From Candidatus Limnocylindrales bacterium (GTDB lineage: Bacteria; Chloroflexota; Limnocylindria; Limnocylindrales; CSP1-4): DNA of 64,000 nucleotides. How positions within the stretch are numbered: the first letter of the stretch is position 1; the number at the start of each line of letters is the position of its first letter. Under the pieces are notes generated by a model. That model was not told the origin of the DNA. It ran no database searches and saw nothing but the letters and a program-made list of their open reading frames with translations. Location: NCBI GenBank assembly GCA_038214255.1, contig JBBQRZ010000007.1, positions 36,730 through 100,729 on the forward strand, in the 5' to 3' direction. The position numbers and the translations under genes were made by a program. Below are positions 45,987 to 55,600 of this stretch, piece after piece.

Positions 45987-46322
45987 GTGCCCCGTCGCAA
46001 GGTGAGCTATCCACCGGCCAAGACCGCCAATCGCCCGGCTCCACCGACCGGACTTCCGACTGATCCCCCCTATGTCCGCCCGACCGTCGCCACGATCGAC
46101 CTGACCGCCGGCAAGGGCCGCGCCGGCCTCTCGGTCGGAGGGCGCGTCCGCATCGCCGGGTCCGGCCTGTACGCCGGCGAGGTCGCCGTCATCGAGCGAC
46201 TCGTGGCCGGTGTCATCCCCGCCGCTGTCGTCCGCACCGAGGCCGGCAAGACGCGCCAGGTCCGGACGATCGACCTGGAGCCCGTCGGCGCCGCGACCAC
46301 GGGAGCCGCCACCGACGCCTGA
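45987..46322 (+). CDS. Hypothetical small protein
   Basis: Lies in track ORF 45921..46322. GTG at 45987 follows AGGAG at 45976-45980. The C-terminal half looks beta-rich. Confidence 0.35.
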   Translation: MPRRKVSYPPAKTANRPAPPTGLPTDPPYVRPTVATIDLTAGKGRAGLSVGGRVRIAGSGLYAGEVAVIERLVAGVIPAAVVRTEAGKTRQVRTIDLEPVGAATTGAATDA

Positions 46323-46356
46323 ACCACGGCCGCGGGCCATGCGCGCGCCGGCCGCC

Positions 46357-46401
46357 GCGCCCGCCGCCGACGCGCCCGCCGCCGCAGCGCCCGCACGTGC
46401 A
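46357..46401. repeat. Three imperfect tandem copies of a 15-nt GC-rich unit (gcgcccgccgccgac / gcgcccgccgccgca / gcgcccgcacgtgca)
   Basis: Read directly, in the spacer between convergent genes. Confidence 0.5.
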
Positions 46402-46423
46402 GCGCCGCCCGGCGCAAACGACC

Positions 46424-47173
46424 TCAGGTGTGACGCAGTCCCGCGGCGACCCCCGCCGCCGTCGCGACCACCTGTTCCGCGACGGCAGCCTCGCGGCCGG
46501 CGGTCGGGAATCGGTACGACGGCCCGTGGAGGTGGACCGCTGCCACGACCTCGCCCGACGCATCGGCGACGGGCGCGGCGATCGACGAGATCCCCGGGTC
46601 GAACTCCTCGAGCGCCCAGGCGTACCCGTCACGCCGGATCTCGCGGAGCCGCTCCTGCAGCAAACCAGGGTCCGTCATGGTCCGCGGCGTGAACTGTTCG
46701 AGCGGCCCCTCGAGGTACCGCTCGATCGCGGCCGGTGGCCGGAACGCGAGCAGCACCTGACCCGACGACACCGCGTGAAGCGGCACCCGCGACCCGGTCC
46801 AGTCGCGCACCGACACCGGGTTCGGCGTGTCCACCTGGTCGATGTAATGGGCCATGTCCCCGTCCGGGACGGACAGGCCGGCGGCCTCGCCGACCGCGTC
46901 GGCCAGATTCCGCAGCCCGGGTCGGGCCAGTGCCGCCAATGACCGCGCGGGGGTCAGCCCGACGGCCAACGTCGCGAGCCGGGGCCCCAGGCGGTAGTGC
47001 GTGTCGCCCGGCACCTGCTCAACGACCCCTTCGTGGGCCAGCGAGGCGAGCAGGCGCGCGGCCGTCGACTTGGGCAGGGCAGCCCGCTCGGCGACCTCGG
47101 TGACCCCGATCGGCCCCGCGGCGAGGACGCCAAGCACCGCAAACGCGCGTTCGATCGATTGGACTCTGGACAC
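46424..47173 (-). CDS. IclR family transcriptional regulator
   Basis: SIERAFAVLGVLA..GPIGVTEVAERAALPKSTAARLLASL HTH plus a C-terminal effector domain. Divergent from the corrinoid cassette. Confidence 0.9.
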   Translation of the reverse strand: MSRVQSIERAFAVLGVLAAGPIGVTEVAERAALPKSTAARLLASLAHEGVVEQVPGDTHYRLGPRLATLAVGLTPARSLAALARPGLRNLADAVGEAAGLSVPDGDMAHYIDQVDTPNPVSVRDWTGSRVPLHAVSSGQVLLAFRPPAAIERYLEGPLEQFTPRTMTDPGLLQERLREIRRDGYAWALEEFDPGISSIAAPVADASGEVVAAVHLHGPSYRFPTAGREAAVAEQVVATAAGVAAGLRHT

Positions 47174-47206
47174 GGCACCCCTTGTCCGCTAGATTCGGCT
47201 TCTCGC

Positions 47207-47243
47207 GGTTCCATCATACGGTACGGTTCCACGATATGGAACC
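47207..47243. promoter_or_regulatory. Three GGTTCCA half-sites: one direct copy (47207-47213) plus a perfect palindrome GGTTCCA-cgata-TGGAACC (47225-47243); candidate IclR operator
   Basis: Read directly, in the 106-bp divergent spacer between the IclR gene and the corrinoid protein gene. Confidence 0.5.
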
Positions 47244-47279
47244 TCCCGCGACGACTTCTCCTCTGCGGAGCCAACGGAC

Positions 47280-47967
<688 letters not shown>

Positions 47968-47987
<20 letters not shown>

Positions 47988-48651
47988 ATCCTCGGGCCCG
48001 CGCCGCGCCGCGAGGGGCAGCGCCCCACGGGTCCTGATCGTCGGCTGCGGTGCGCTGGCCAATGAGCTCGTCGCGCTGACCCGCGATCTCCCGAACGTCG
48101 ATATCACCTGCCTGCCGGCGACCCTGCACAACCGTCCCGGCGGCATCCCGGCCGCCGTCCGTGACCGGATCCACCGGCGCCGGGCCGACTACGACCGCGT
48201 GTTCGTCGCGTATGCCGACTGCGGCACCGGCGGCCTGCTCGACCACGTGATCGAGGAGGAAGGCGTCGAACGCCTGGCCGGCGCCCATTGCTACCAGTTC
48301 TACGCAGGCGGCGCGGCATTCGACCGCCTCGTCGAGGAGGAGCCGGCGACGTTCTTCCTGACCGACTTCCTCGCCCGCAACTTCGACCGGCTCGTGATCA
48401 AGGGCCTCGGGCTCGATCGACACCCCGAGCTGCTCGACGCCTACTTCGGGAACTATCGCCGCCTCGTGTACCTCGCCCAGACCGACGAACCGGCGCTCGT
48501 CGCCGCCGCCCGGCGCGCTGCCCGGCGGCTCGGCCTCGCCTTCGAGGTCCGCCAGACCGGCCTCGGCGAGCTCGGCTCGACGATCGCGGCGGTCACCGCC
48601 GGCCTGCCGGCCCCGGCCGTCGTCTCTGTGCTCGACATCGGAGGACGCTAG
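47968..48651 (+). CDS. DUF1638 domain protein
   Basis: VLIVGCGAL...YADCGTGGLLD...HCYQFY...FFLTDFLARNFD matches my recollection of DUF1638. GTG at 47968 overlaps the upstream gene by 20 nt; the start is uncertain. Confidence 0.7.
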
Positions 48652-48655
48652 CGCC

Positions 48656-49009
48656 GTGGCCTTCATCACCGTCATCTGGTGGCGCGACATCCCGGCCCAG
48701 GTCACGGCCCGCGAGGGCCGTCGCCAGAGCAAGGAAGTGCTCCACCCGCGCTTCCAGGTCGCGATCGACAAGGCGGCAAGCCGCGCGGGCAAGCGCGCCT
48801 ACGGCGAATACATCGAGGAGTGGCGCCGGGTGCAGCGGCCGTGCGGCGACGACATCGAGGCCGAGGTCGCCGCCGAGGTCGCCCGCCTCGAGGCCGATTA
48901 CGACAAGCACCGCCTCGCCCAGCTCATCCAGTCGGGCGGCGTCGACGGCGGTCCGATCTTCCCGCCAGCCCAGGACGAAACCCAGGGCAAACCGACGGTG
49001 GACGCATGA
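48656..49009 (+). CDS. Small conserved protein of corrinoid-methyltransferase clusters (resembles proteins annotated 'virulence factor' domain)
   Basis: 117 aa, GTG start, MAFITVIWWRDIPAQVTA... The family name is recalled from similar gene clusters and is not verified. ATGA coupling to the next gene. Confidence 0.55.
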   Translation: MAFITVIWWRDIPAQVTAREGRRQSKEVLHPRFQVAIDKAASRAGKRAYGEYIEEWRRVQRPCGDDIEAEVAAEVARLEADYDKHRLAQLIQSGGVDGGPIFPPAQDETQGKPTVDA

Positions 49010-49983
49010 CCCGGACCGTCATCGGCTCGGCGACGCGCGAGGTCGTCATCGCGGACGATCGCCCGTTCGTGATCATCGGCGAGCGGATCAACCCCACCGG
49101 TCGGAAGGTTCTCATGGAGGAGATGAAGGCCGGGGACTTCAGTCGGGTTGAACGCGACACCATCGCCCAGGTCGAGGCCGGCGCCCAGATGCTCGACGTC
49201 AATGCCGGGATCCCGCTCGCGGACGAGCCGGCGATCCTCGCCCAGACGATCCAGCTCGTCCAGTCGCTGACCGACGTGCCGCTGTCGATCGATTCCTCGA
49301 TCGTCGAGGCGCTCGAAGCGGGCCTCGCGGTCTACCGCGGCAAGGCGCTCCTCAACAGCGTCACCGGGGAGGAGGAGCGGATGGAGCGCGTCCTTCCGCT
49401 CGTCAAGAAGTACGGCTGCGCGGTCGTCGCGATCAGCAACGACGAGACCGGGATCTCGATGGATCCCGACGTCCGTTTCGGGGTCGCCAGGCGGATCGTC
49501 GAGCGCGCGGCGGACTACGGGATCCCGCGTGAGGACATCATCGTGGATCCGTTGCTCATGCCGATCGGCGCGCTGTCGGGGGCGGGCCGTCAGGTCTTCC
49601 GGATCCTCGGGCGCCTGCGCGACGAGCTCAAGGTCAACTCGACCTGCGGCGCATCCAACGTCAGCTTCGGGCTACCCAATCGCGAGGGCATCAATGGCGC
49701 CTTCCTGTCGATGGCGATCGCATCGGGCCTGACCTCGGCCATCACGAATCCCATCGCCGAAGGCGTCCGCCACGCGGTCCTGGCGAGCGACGTCCTGATG
49801 GGCAACGACCAGGACGCGACGCGCTGGATCAAGGCCTTCCGGGTCACCCCACCCGAGGGCGAGGCCGGCGGGCGACGGGTGAACCGTCGCCGTGGCCCGG
49901 GCGCCGGGCCCGGAGCCCCGGTCCTCAGCGCCGACGTGCCCGGCGTGGATGTCCCCGGTCTCGACGTGCCGGCCCTCGACTGA
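49006..49983 (+). CDS. Methyltetrahydrofolate:corrinoid methyltransferase (pterin-binding TIM barrel, MtgA/AcsE/MetH-domain-like)
   Basis: IIGERINPTGRK, MLDVNAG, LSIDSS, LLNSVTGEE and CGASNVSFGLPNR blocks are typical of the pterin-binding domain. Confidence 0.9.
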   Translation: MTRTVIGSATREVVIADDRPFVIIGERINPTGRKVLMEEMKAGDFSRVERDTIAQVEAGAQMLDVNAGIPLADEPAILAQTIQLVQSLTDVPLSIDSSIVEALEAGLAVYRGKALLNSVTGEEERMERVLPLVKKYGCAVVAISNDETGISMDPDVRFGVARRIVERAADYGIPREDIIVDPLLMPIGALSGAGRQVFRILGRLRDELKVNSTCGASNVSFGLPNREGINGAFLSMAIASGLTSAITNPIAEGVRHAVLASDVLMGNDQDATRWIKAFRVTPPEGEAGGRRVNRRRGPGAGPGAPVLSADVPGVDVPGLDVPALD

Positions 49984-49999
49984 TCGGGTCCATGCCCGG

Positions 50000-52075
50000 A
50001 TGACAGCCCCGACCGCTCCAACCGATCCCCAGATCATCTTCACTCCGTCGGGAAGACGCGGTCGAGCGCCGGTCGGGACCACCCTGCTGGATGCGGCGCG
50101 GACCCTCGGCGTCGACATCGACTCGGTCTGCGGCGGGCGCGGGATCTGCGGCCGCTGCGCCGTGACGCCCGGCTTCGGATCGTTCGCCAAGCACGGGATC
50201 ACCTCCGCGCCCGACCACCTGTCGGCGCTCGGCGAGGTCGAGGCGGCGTATCGCACCGAGAACGGCCTCGCCGCCGACCGCCGCCTGTCATGCACCGCCG
50301 AGCTGCTGGGCGACCTCGTCGTCGACGTCCCGCCCGAGAGCCAGGTCCACCGCCAGGTCGTGCGCAAGGACCTCGACGCCCGGCCGTTCGTCCTGGACCC
50401 GGTCGTGCGTCTCCACACCGTCGACGTCGTCCCGCCCGACCTCGCGACGCCCACCGGCGACCTCGGCCGGCTGTTCGACGCGCTGCGGAGCGAGTGGCAG
50501 CTCGACGGCTTGCGCGCCGACCTCGCCGTGGTCAGGGCGCTCCAGCCGGCGCTCACCAGTGGCGACTACCGCGTGACCGTGGCCGTCCACGGCGGCCGCG
50601 ACGTCATCGCGGTCTGGCCCGGGTTCCACGACCGCGCCTTCGGGGTCGCGATCGATGTCGGCTCGACGACGATCGCCGGCCACCTCGCCAACCTGGGCGA
50701 CGGCACGATCCTGGCGAGCGCCGGGGTCATGAACCCGCAGATCCGGTTCGGCGAGGACCTCATGAGCCGCGTCTCGTACGTGATGATGCACGAGGGTGGC
50801 GAGGTGGAGCTGACCGCCGCGGTCCGCAAGGCGCTCGACGGGCTGCTCGCGACGCTCGGGAATCGGGCCGGCATCAAGCGCTCGGAGATCCTCGAGCTCG
50901 CCATCGTCGGCAACCCGATCATGCACCACCTCCTCCTGGGCATCGACCCGACCCCGCTCGGCTCGGCGCCGTTCGCCCTCGCGACCGACACCGCCGTCCA
51001 CACCACGGCCGCCGAGCTCGGCGTGCGCGCGCATCCGGGCGCCCGCGTGTACCTGCTGCCGTGCATCGCCGGCCATGTCGGGGCCGACACCGCCGGGGTC
51101 ATCCTCGCCGAGGAGCCGCACAAGGCCGAGGCGATGACCCTCGTCGTCGACGTCGGCACGAACGCCGAGATCGTCCTCGGCGACAAGCGCCGCCTCCTCG
51201 CGGCGTCGAGCCCGACCGGCCCGGCGTTCGAGGGCGCCCAGATCAGCTCCGGCCAACGCGCGGCACCCGGCACGATCGAGCGGGTCCGCGTGGACGCGCA
51301 GACGCTCGAGCCACGGTTCCGGGTCATCGGCGTCGACGCCTGGTCGAACGATCCCGGGTTCGCTGCCGCGCTCGCGGCCGCCGGGACGGGAGTGACCGGC
51401 ATCTGCGGCTCGGGCATCATCGAGATCGTCGCCGAGCTGTACCTCGCGGGCGTCGTCACCGCCGACGGCGTCATCGATGGCGAGATGGCGGCCCGCACCC
51501 CGCGCGTCGTCGCCGATGGCCGGACCTTCAGCTACGTCCTGTACGAGCCGACCGACGGCGGGCCGCGGATCCTCGTCACCCAGAACGACATCCGGGCCAT
51601 CCAGCTGGCCAAGGCCGCGCTCTACGCCGGCTTCCGGCTGCTCATGGATCAGCTCGGCATCGACGCGGTCGACGAGGTGCGGCTGGCCGGGGCGTTCGGC
51701 AGCCAGATCGATCCGCTCCACGCGATGATCCTCGGGCTCATCCCCGACTGCGACCTCGGGCGTGTCCGGGCGGCGGGCAACGCGGCCGGGACCGGGGCGC
51801 TCATCGCGCTCCTGTCGGGCGCCGCCCGCACGGAGATCGAGCAGGTCGTCCGGCGGGTCGAGAAGATCGAGACCGCGGTCGAGCCGCGCTTCCAGCAGCA
51901 TTTCGTCGAGGCGATGGCCATCCCGCACCGGACGGCCGCCAACCCCAATCTCGAGCGGGCGGTCACGCTGCCGGCCCGCCCCGCGACCGCCGACCGCGGC
52001 GCGGACCCGCGAGCGGAGCGACGCCGGCGCCGAGCGGTCACGGCCGCATCGACCGGCCCGGGAGAAGACCGATGA
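50000..52075 (+). CDS. Corrinoid reductive activase (RACo/RamA-like: N-terminal 2Fe-2S ferredoxin + ASKHA ATPase, DUF4445)
   Basis: IIFTPSG..GTTLLDAARTLGVDIDSVCGGRGICGRCAV (plant-type ferredoxin). Later AIDVGSTTIAGHL, VVDVGTNAEIVLG and SPTGPAFEGAQIS are ASKHA phosphate motifs. Confidence 0.85.
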   Translation: MTAPTAPTDPQIIFTPSGRRGRAPVGTTLLDAARTLGVDIDSVCGGRGICGRCAVTPGFGSFAKHGITSAPDHLSALGEVEAAYRTENGLAADRRLSCTAELLGDLVVDVPPESQVHRQVVRKDLDARPFVLDPVVRLHTVDVVPPDLATPTGDLGRLFDALRSEWQLDGLRADLAVVRALQPALTSGDYRVTVAVHGGRDVIAVWPGFHDRAFGVAIDVGSTTIAGHLANLGDGTILASAGVMNPQIRFGEDLMSRVSYVMMHEGGEVELTAAVRKALDGLLATLGNRAGIKRSEILELAIVGNPIMHHLLLGIDPTPLGSAPFALATDTAVHTTAAELGVRAHPGARVYLLPCIAGHVGADTAGVILAEEPHKAEAMTLVVDVGTNAEIVLGDKRRLLAASSPTGPAFEGAQISSGQRAAPGTIERVRVDAQTLEPRFRVIGVDAWSNDPGFAAALAAAGTGVTGICGSGIIEIVAELYLAGVVTADGVIDGEMAARTPRVVADGRTFSYVLYEPTDGGPRILVTQNDIRAIQLAKAALYAGFRLLMDQLGIDAVDEVRLAGAFGSQIDPLHAMILGLIPDCDLGRVRAAGNAAGTGALIALLSGAARTEIEQVVRRVEKIETAVEPRFQQHFVEAMAIPHRTAANPNLERAVTLPARPATADRGADPRAERRRRRAVTAASTGPGEDR

Positions 52076-53613
52076 CCGAGACGTTGCCGACCCGCCGCAG
52101 CGGCGGTCGCGAAGGTCGGCGAGCCGTGCGCCTGAGCCACCAGGTCGAGCGGATGCCGTTCCTGACCCGGACGCTCGCCCCGTTCGAGGTCCTCAGCGAC
52201 GAGGGCCTCTCGATCCTCGAGCACAACGCCGACACGATCCTCGAAGAGGTCGGCGTCGAGTTCCGCGGCGACCCGGACGCCCTGCGGCTCCTGCGCGAGG
52301 GCGGCGCCGACGTCGAAGGTGAGCGGGTCCGATTCCCGCGCGGCATGTGCCGCCAGGTCGTCCAGGCAACCGCCCCGCGCCAGTTCACCCAATACGCACG
52401 GAACGAGGCGAACAACGTCGAGATCGGCGGGATGCACACGGTCTTTGCGCCCAACTACGGCTCGCCGTTCGTGCGCGATCTCGACCGCGGCCGGCGCTAC
52501 GGCACGATCGAGGACTTCCGCAACTTCGTGAAGCTCGCCTACATGAGCCCGCACCTCCACCACAGCGGCGGGACGGTGTGCGAACCGGTCGACGTGGCGG
52601 TCAACAAGCGCCACCTCGACATGGTCTATTCGCACATCCGCTACAGCGACAAGCCGTTCATGGGCTCGGTCACGGCACCCGAGCGGGCGCGCGATACGGT
52701 CGAGATGGCGCGCCTCACCTTCGGCGCGGACTACCTCGAGGATCACGCCGTGATCCTCTCCCTGATCACCGCCAACTCGCCACTCGTCTGGGACTCGACG
52801 ATGCTCGGCGCGGCGCGCGCCTACGCCGAGGCCAACCAGGCCACGCTGCTCACGCCGTTCATCCTGGCCGGAGCGATGGCCCCGGTCACCGCGGCCGCAG
52901 TCGCCGCCCAGACCCTCGCCGAGTCGCTCGCCGGGATGACGTTCGTGCAGCTCGTCCGGCCGGGCGCCCCGGTCGTGCTCGGATCGTTCGCCTCCTCGAT
53001 GTCGATGCAGTCGGGCGCGCCGACGTTCGGCACCCCGGAGCCCGCGCTCGTGCTCTACACGATGGCCGCGCTCGCCCGCCGGCTCGGCGTGCCGTTCCGG
53101 TCCGGTGGCTCGCTGTGCGCCTCCAAGGTGGCCGACGCACAAGCCGCCTATGAGAGCGCCGCGACCCTCCAGCCGACCGTTCTCGGCGGGGTGAACTTCG
53201 TGCTCCACGCGGCCGGCTGGCTCGAAGGCGGCCTCGCGGTCGGCTACGAGAAGTTCATCCTCGATGCCGACCAGTGCGGGATGATGGCCGTGTTCGTGAA
53301 GGGCGTCGACATGTCCGAGAACGGCCAGGCGCTCGACGCGATCCGGTCGAACGGCCCCGGCCAGCATTTCCTCGGCACGGCGCACACGTTCGCCAACTTC
53401 GAAACCGCCTTCTACCGCTCCGAGGTCGCCGACAACAACAGCTTCGAGCAGTGGCAGGAGGACGGCTCGCTCGACGCCGCCCAGCGCGCGAATGCGATCT
53501 GGAAGCGGATGCTGGCCGAGTACGAAGCACCGCCGCTCGAGCCCGCGATCGACGAGGCGCTCCTCGAGTTCATGGTCCGGCGCAAAGCGTCGATGCCGGA
53601 CTCCGAGGTCTAG
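52072..53613 (+). CDS. MttB-superfamily (trimethylamine methyltransferase family) enzyme, non-pyrrolysine type; likely quaternary-amine:corrinoid methyltransferase
   Basis: 513 aa uninterrupted (no in-frame TAG). LSDEGLSILEHNADTILEEVGVEF, ITANSPLVWD, FILAGAMAPVT, GAPTFGTPE and HFLGTAHT blocks are MttB-like. ATGA overlap with the activase gene. Confidence 0.85.
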   Translation: MTETLPTRRSGGREGRRAVRLSHQVERMPFLTRTLAPFEVLSDEGLSILEHNADTILEEVGVEFRGDPDALRLLREGGADVEGERVRFPRGMCRQVVQATAPRQFTQYARNEANNVEIGGMHTVFAPNYGSPFVRDLDRGRRYGTIEDFRNFVKLAYMSPHLHHSGGTVCEPVDVAVNKRHLDMVYSHIRYSDKPFMGSVTAPERARDTVEMARLTFGADYLEDHAVILSLITANSPLVWDSTMLGAARAYAEANQATLLTPFILAGAMAPVTAAAVAAQTLAESLAGMTFVQLVRPGAPVVLGSFASSMSMQSGAPTFGTPEPALVLYTMAALARRLGVPFRSGGSLCASKVADAQAAYESAATLQPTVLGGVNFVLHAAGWLEGGLAVGYEKFILDADQCGMMAVFVKGVDMSENGQALDAIRSNGPGQHFLGTAHTFANFETAFYRSEVADNNSFEQWQEDGSLDAAQRANAIWKRMLAEYEAPPLEPAIDEALLEFMVRRKASMPDSEV

Positions 53614-53618
53614 GTCCC

Positions 53619-54497
53619 GTGCTCTTTCGACGCCGCCGGTCGCTCTCGGCCGCGCAGTCGGCAGCCCTGGCGGGGGTGCTCCAGGCGCCGACGTTCGAGT
53701 TGATCCCGCTCAAGAACTCGCTCGATCAGGCCGCGCACCTGCCGGCCGGGGCGACGGTGTCGGTGACGGCCTCGCCGGCCAAGGGAATCGAGGCGACGGT
53801 CGCGCTGTGCGAGCAGCTCCAGGCCCTCGGCTTCCGCGCCGTCCCGCACGTCTCGGCGCGGATGATCCGGGACCGCGCCCACCTCGAGGACCTGATCGCG
53901 TGGCTCGAAGGCGCCGGGGTCGATCGGGCGTTCGTGGTCGGCGGTGACGCCAAGGAGCCGGGAGCCTACCCGGACGGCCTGGCATTGCTGCGCGAGATGG
54001 CCGAGATCGGTCATCCGCTCAGCGAGATCGGGATCCCCGGCTACCCGCAGGGCCATGCCTTCATCGCCGACGGCCCGCTCCTCGAGGCGCTGCGCGCCAA
54101 GGCCGCGTTCGCAAGCTACATGACGACCCAGCTCTGCTTCGACCCCACCGCGATCGCTCGCTGGCTTGCCGAGCGGCGGGCCGAGGGGATCATGCTGCCG
54201 GTGCACGTCGGCGTCCCCGGGGTGGCCGAGCCACAGAAGCTGCTCGCGATCGCCGCCCGCATCGGCGTCGCCGACACCCACCGGTTCCTCGTCAAGAACG
54301 TCCGATTCGTGACCCGCCTCGTGCGGTCCGGCGGCTTCTACCGGCCCGACGGCCTGCTCGAGGGCCTCGCGCCGTACGCCGCCGACCCGGCCGCCGCGAT
54401 CGTCAGCCTGCACCTCTACACGTTCAACGCGGTCGATGCGACCGAGGCCTGGCGGCGCGACTTCCTCTCGAAGCTGCCGGTGGCCGCGACAACCTGA
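53619..54497 (+). CDS. metF: Methylenetetrahydrofolate reductase (MetF-like)
   Basis: FELIPLKN, VSVTASP, VPHVSAR, FVVGGD, QLCFD and LHLYTFN blocks. GTG at 53619, 6 nt after the MttB stop. Confidence 0.8.
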   Translation: MLFRRRRSLSAAQSAALAGVLQAPTFELIPLKNSLDQAAHLPAGATVSVTASPAKGIEATVALCEQLQALGFRAVPHVSARMIRDRAHLEDLIAWLEGAGVDRAFVVGGDAKEPGAYPDGLALLREMAEIGHPLSEIGIPGYPQGHAFIADGPLLEALRAKAAFASYMTTQLCFDPTAIARWLAERRAEGIMLPVHVGVPGVAEPQKLLAIAARIGVADTHRFLVKNVRFVTRLVRSGGFYRPDGLLEGLAPYAADPAAAIVSLHLYTFNAVDATEAWRRDFLSKLPVAATT

Positions 54498-54580
54498 CCC
54501 GGGGGTGGGCGGCCCGGGCATGGCACAATCGAGCGGTGCAGTCGGCCCATGGCTGCAAGCACAAGCCTGGAGAGAACCGA

Positions 54581-55321
54581 ATGTCGTCCGACCCTCATTC
54601 CCTGCGCTCTCGTCGCGCACTCCTGGCCGCAGCGGCGGGGTCAGCGGCGGCGGTCGCGGCGTCGGCGGCCCTGCCACTTGGCGTGGCGGCAGCCCCCACG
54701 AACATGCTGACCGAACAGGACAACCCGACCGTTGCCCAGACGTCGATCACCATGACCGATGCGACGCCGATCACCGCCGCTGAAGTCGCGTTCAAGGCGG
54801 TCAACACCATGACGACTGCGGCCGCGTTCGTGGCGGCTGCCGGCGACCAGGCCCTCATCCAGACGGATACGTCGTTTACGGGCGCCTACGGCTTCTCGGA
54901 GTCGGGCGGGGTAACCGTCAATGTCGGGGCCGGCGTCTGGGGCGACAGCGATATCGGCGTGGTCGGGACCGGCATCCAGGCCGGTCTGCTTGGCATCGGC
55001 ACCGATGGGGTCGTTGGCATCGGGGACGTCGGCGGTTCAGGCGTCGTCGCGATCAGCGGCAGCACGACCGACCTGGCGCTCGATGTCCAGGGCAAGGTCA
55101 GGTTCAGCCGATCCGGACGCAGCAGCATCGGATCGGGGAAGTCCAGCGTGAAGGTGACCTTGGCCGGTGTCACGTCGGGAAGTCGCGTGTTCGCCGTGCT
55201 CCACTCGAACCGGACCAGGCGCTACGTTCGCGCCGTGGTCCCGACCACCAACTCGTTCACGATCTACCTGAACACGACCGTGACGTCCGCGACGTTCGTG
55301 GCCTGGTTCGTGATCAACTGA
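54581..55321 (+). CDS. Tat-signal secreted hypothetical protein with Gly/Val-rich repeat core
   Basis: ATG at 54581 follows GGAGAG. SRRALLAAAAGSAAAVAASA is a twin-arginine signal. Core GVWGDSDIGVVGTGIQAGLLGIGTDGVVGIGDVGGSGVV. Confidence 0.6.
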   Translation: MSSDPHSLRSRRALLAAAAGSAAAVAASAALPLGVAAAPTNMLTEQDNPTVAQTSITMTDATPITAAEVAFKAVNTMTTAAAFVAAAGDQALIQTDTSFTGAYGFSESGGVTVNVGAGVWGDSDIGVVGTGIQAGLLGIGTDGVVGIGDVGGSGVVAISGSTTDLALDVQGKVRFSRSGRSSIGSGKSSVKVTLAGVTSGSRVFAVLHSNRTRRYVRAVVPTTNSFTIYLNTTVTSATFVAWFVIN

Positions 55322-55322
55322 G

Positions 55323-55556
55323 ATGGGCGACATGACTCGAGCGGCGATCGACAAGTGGCTCGCGGCGCATGGCCGGGAGAGCGCGTCGGGTCGCCACGTT
55401 GCAGCAAGGATCTCGCTGGCTGACGTCAAACGTTGGGCAGATGCTCGTCCGCATCGTCGTCGTTCGCATGCGCTCGCCGCGTTCCTGGACGCTCGCGATC
55501 GCGGCGAGAACCCGGCCTTGCCCTTCGCGAAGTTTCGGAAGAACGCCAAGGGCTGA
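55323..55556 (+). CDS. Small basic hypothetical protein
   Basis: 77-aa ORF starting 2 nt after the upstream stop. No motif recognised. Confidence 0.3.
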   Translation: MGDMTRAAIDKWLAAHGRESASGRHVAARISLADVKRWADARPHRRRSHALAAFLDARDRGENPALPFAKFRKNAKG

Positions 55557-55600
55557 CCTTCCGGGCGACGGGGCAGCTCAGCCCCGGAGCCCTTGATCGA

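Noticed and set aside
46357-46401. 15-nt GC-rich tandem repeat as a functional element or CRISPR-like array.
   Set aside because: There are only about three imperfect copies, no spacer architecture and a low-complexity GC-rich sequence. It is more likely slippage-type simple sequence between convergent genes.
47174-47279. Cobalamin riboswitch upstream of the corrinoid cassette.
   Set aside because: The spacer is only about 106 nt. It is occupied by the GGTTCCA repeats, and I could not find a B12-box-like element. It is too short for the known riboswitch.
50288-53385. 546-aa and 578-aa minus-strand ORFs (50288..51928 and 51649..53385), and the 1107-aa plus-strand ORF 50290..53613.
   Set aside because: The minus-strand ORFs are antisense to the activase and MttB genes. 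The upstream two thirds of the 1107-aa ORF are an off-frame read-through of the activase gene, with R/P/G-rich junk. Only its part from ATG 52072 is MttB-like.
52072-53613. Possibility that the MttB-family gene encodes a pyrrolysine enzyme.
   Set aside because: The reading frame is uninterrupted. There is no in-frame TAG anywhere in the 513 codons, and no pylS/pylBCD-like gene is visible in the window.
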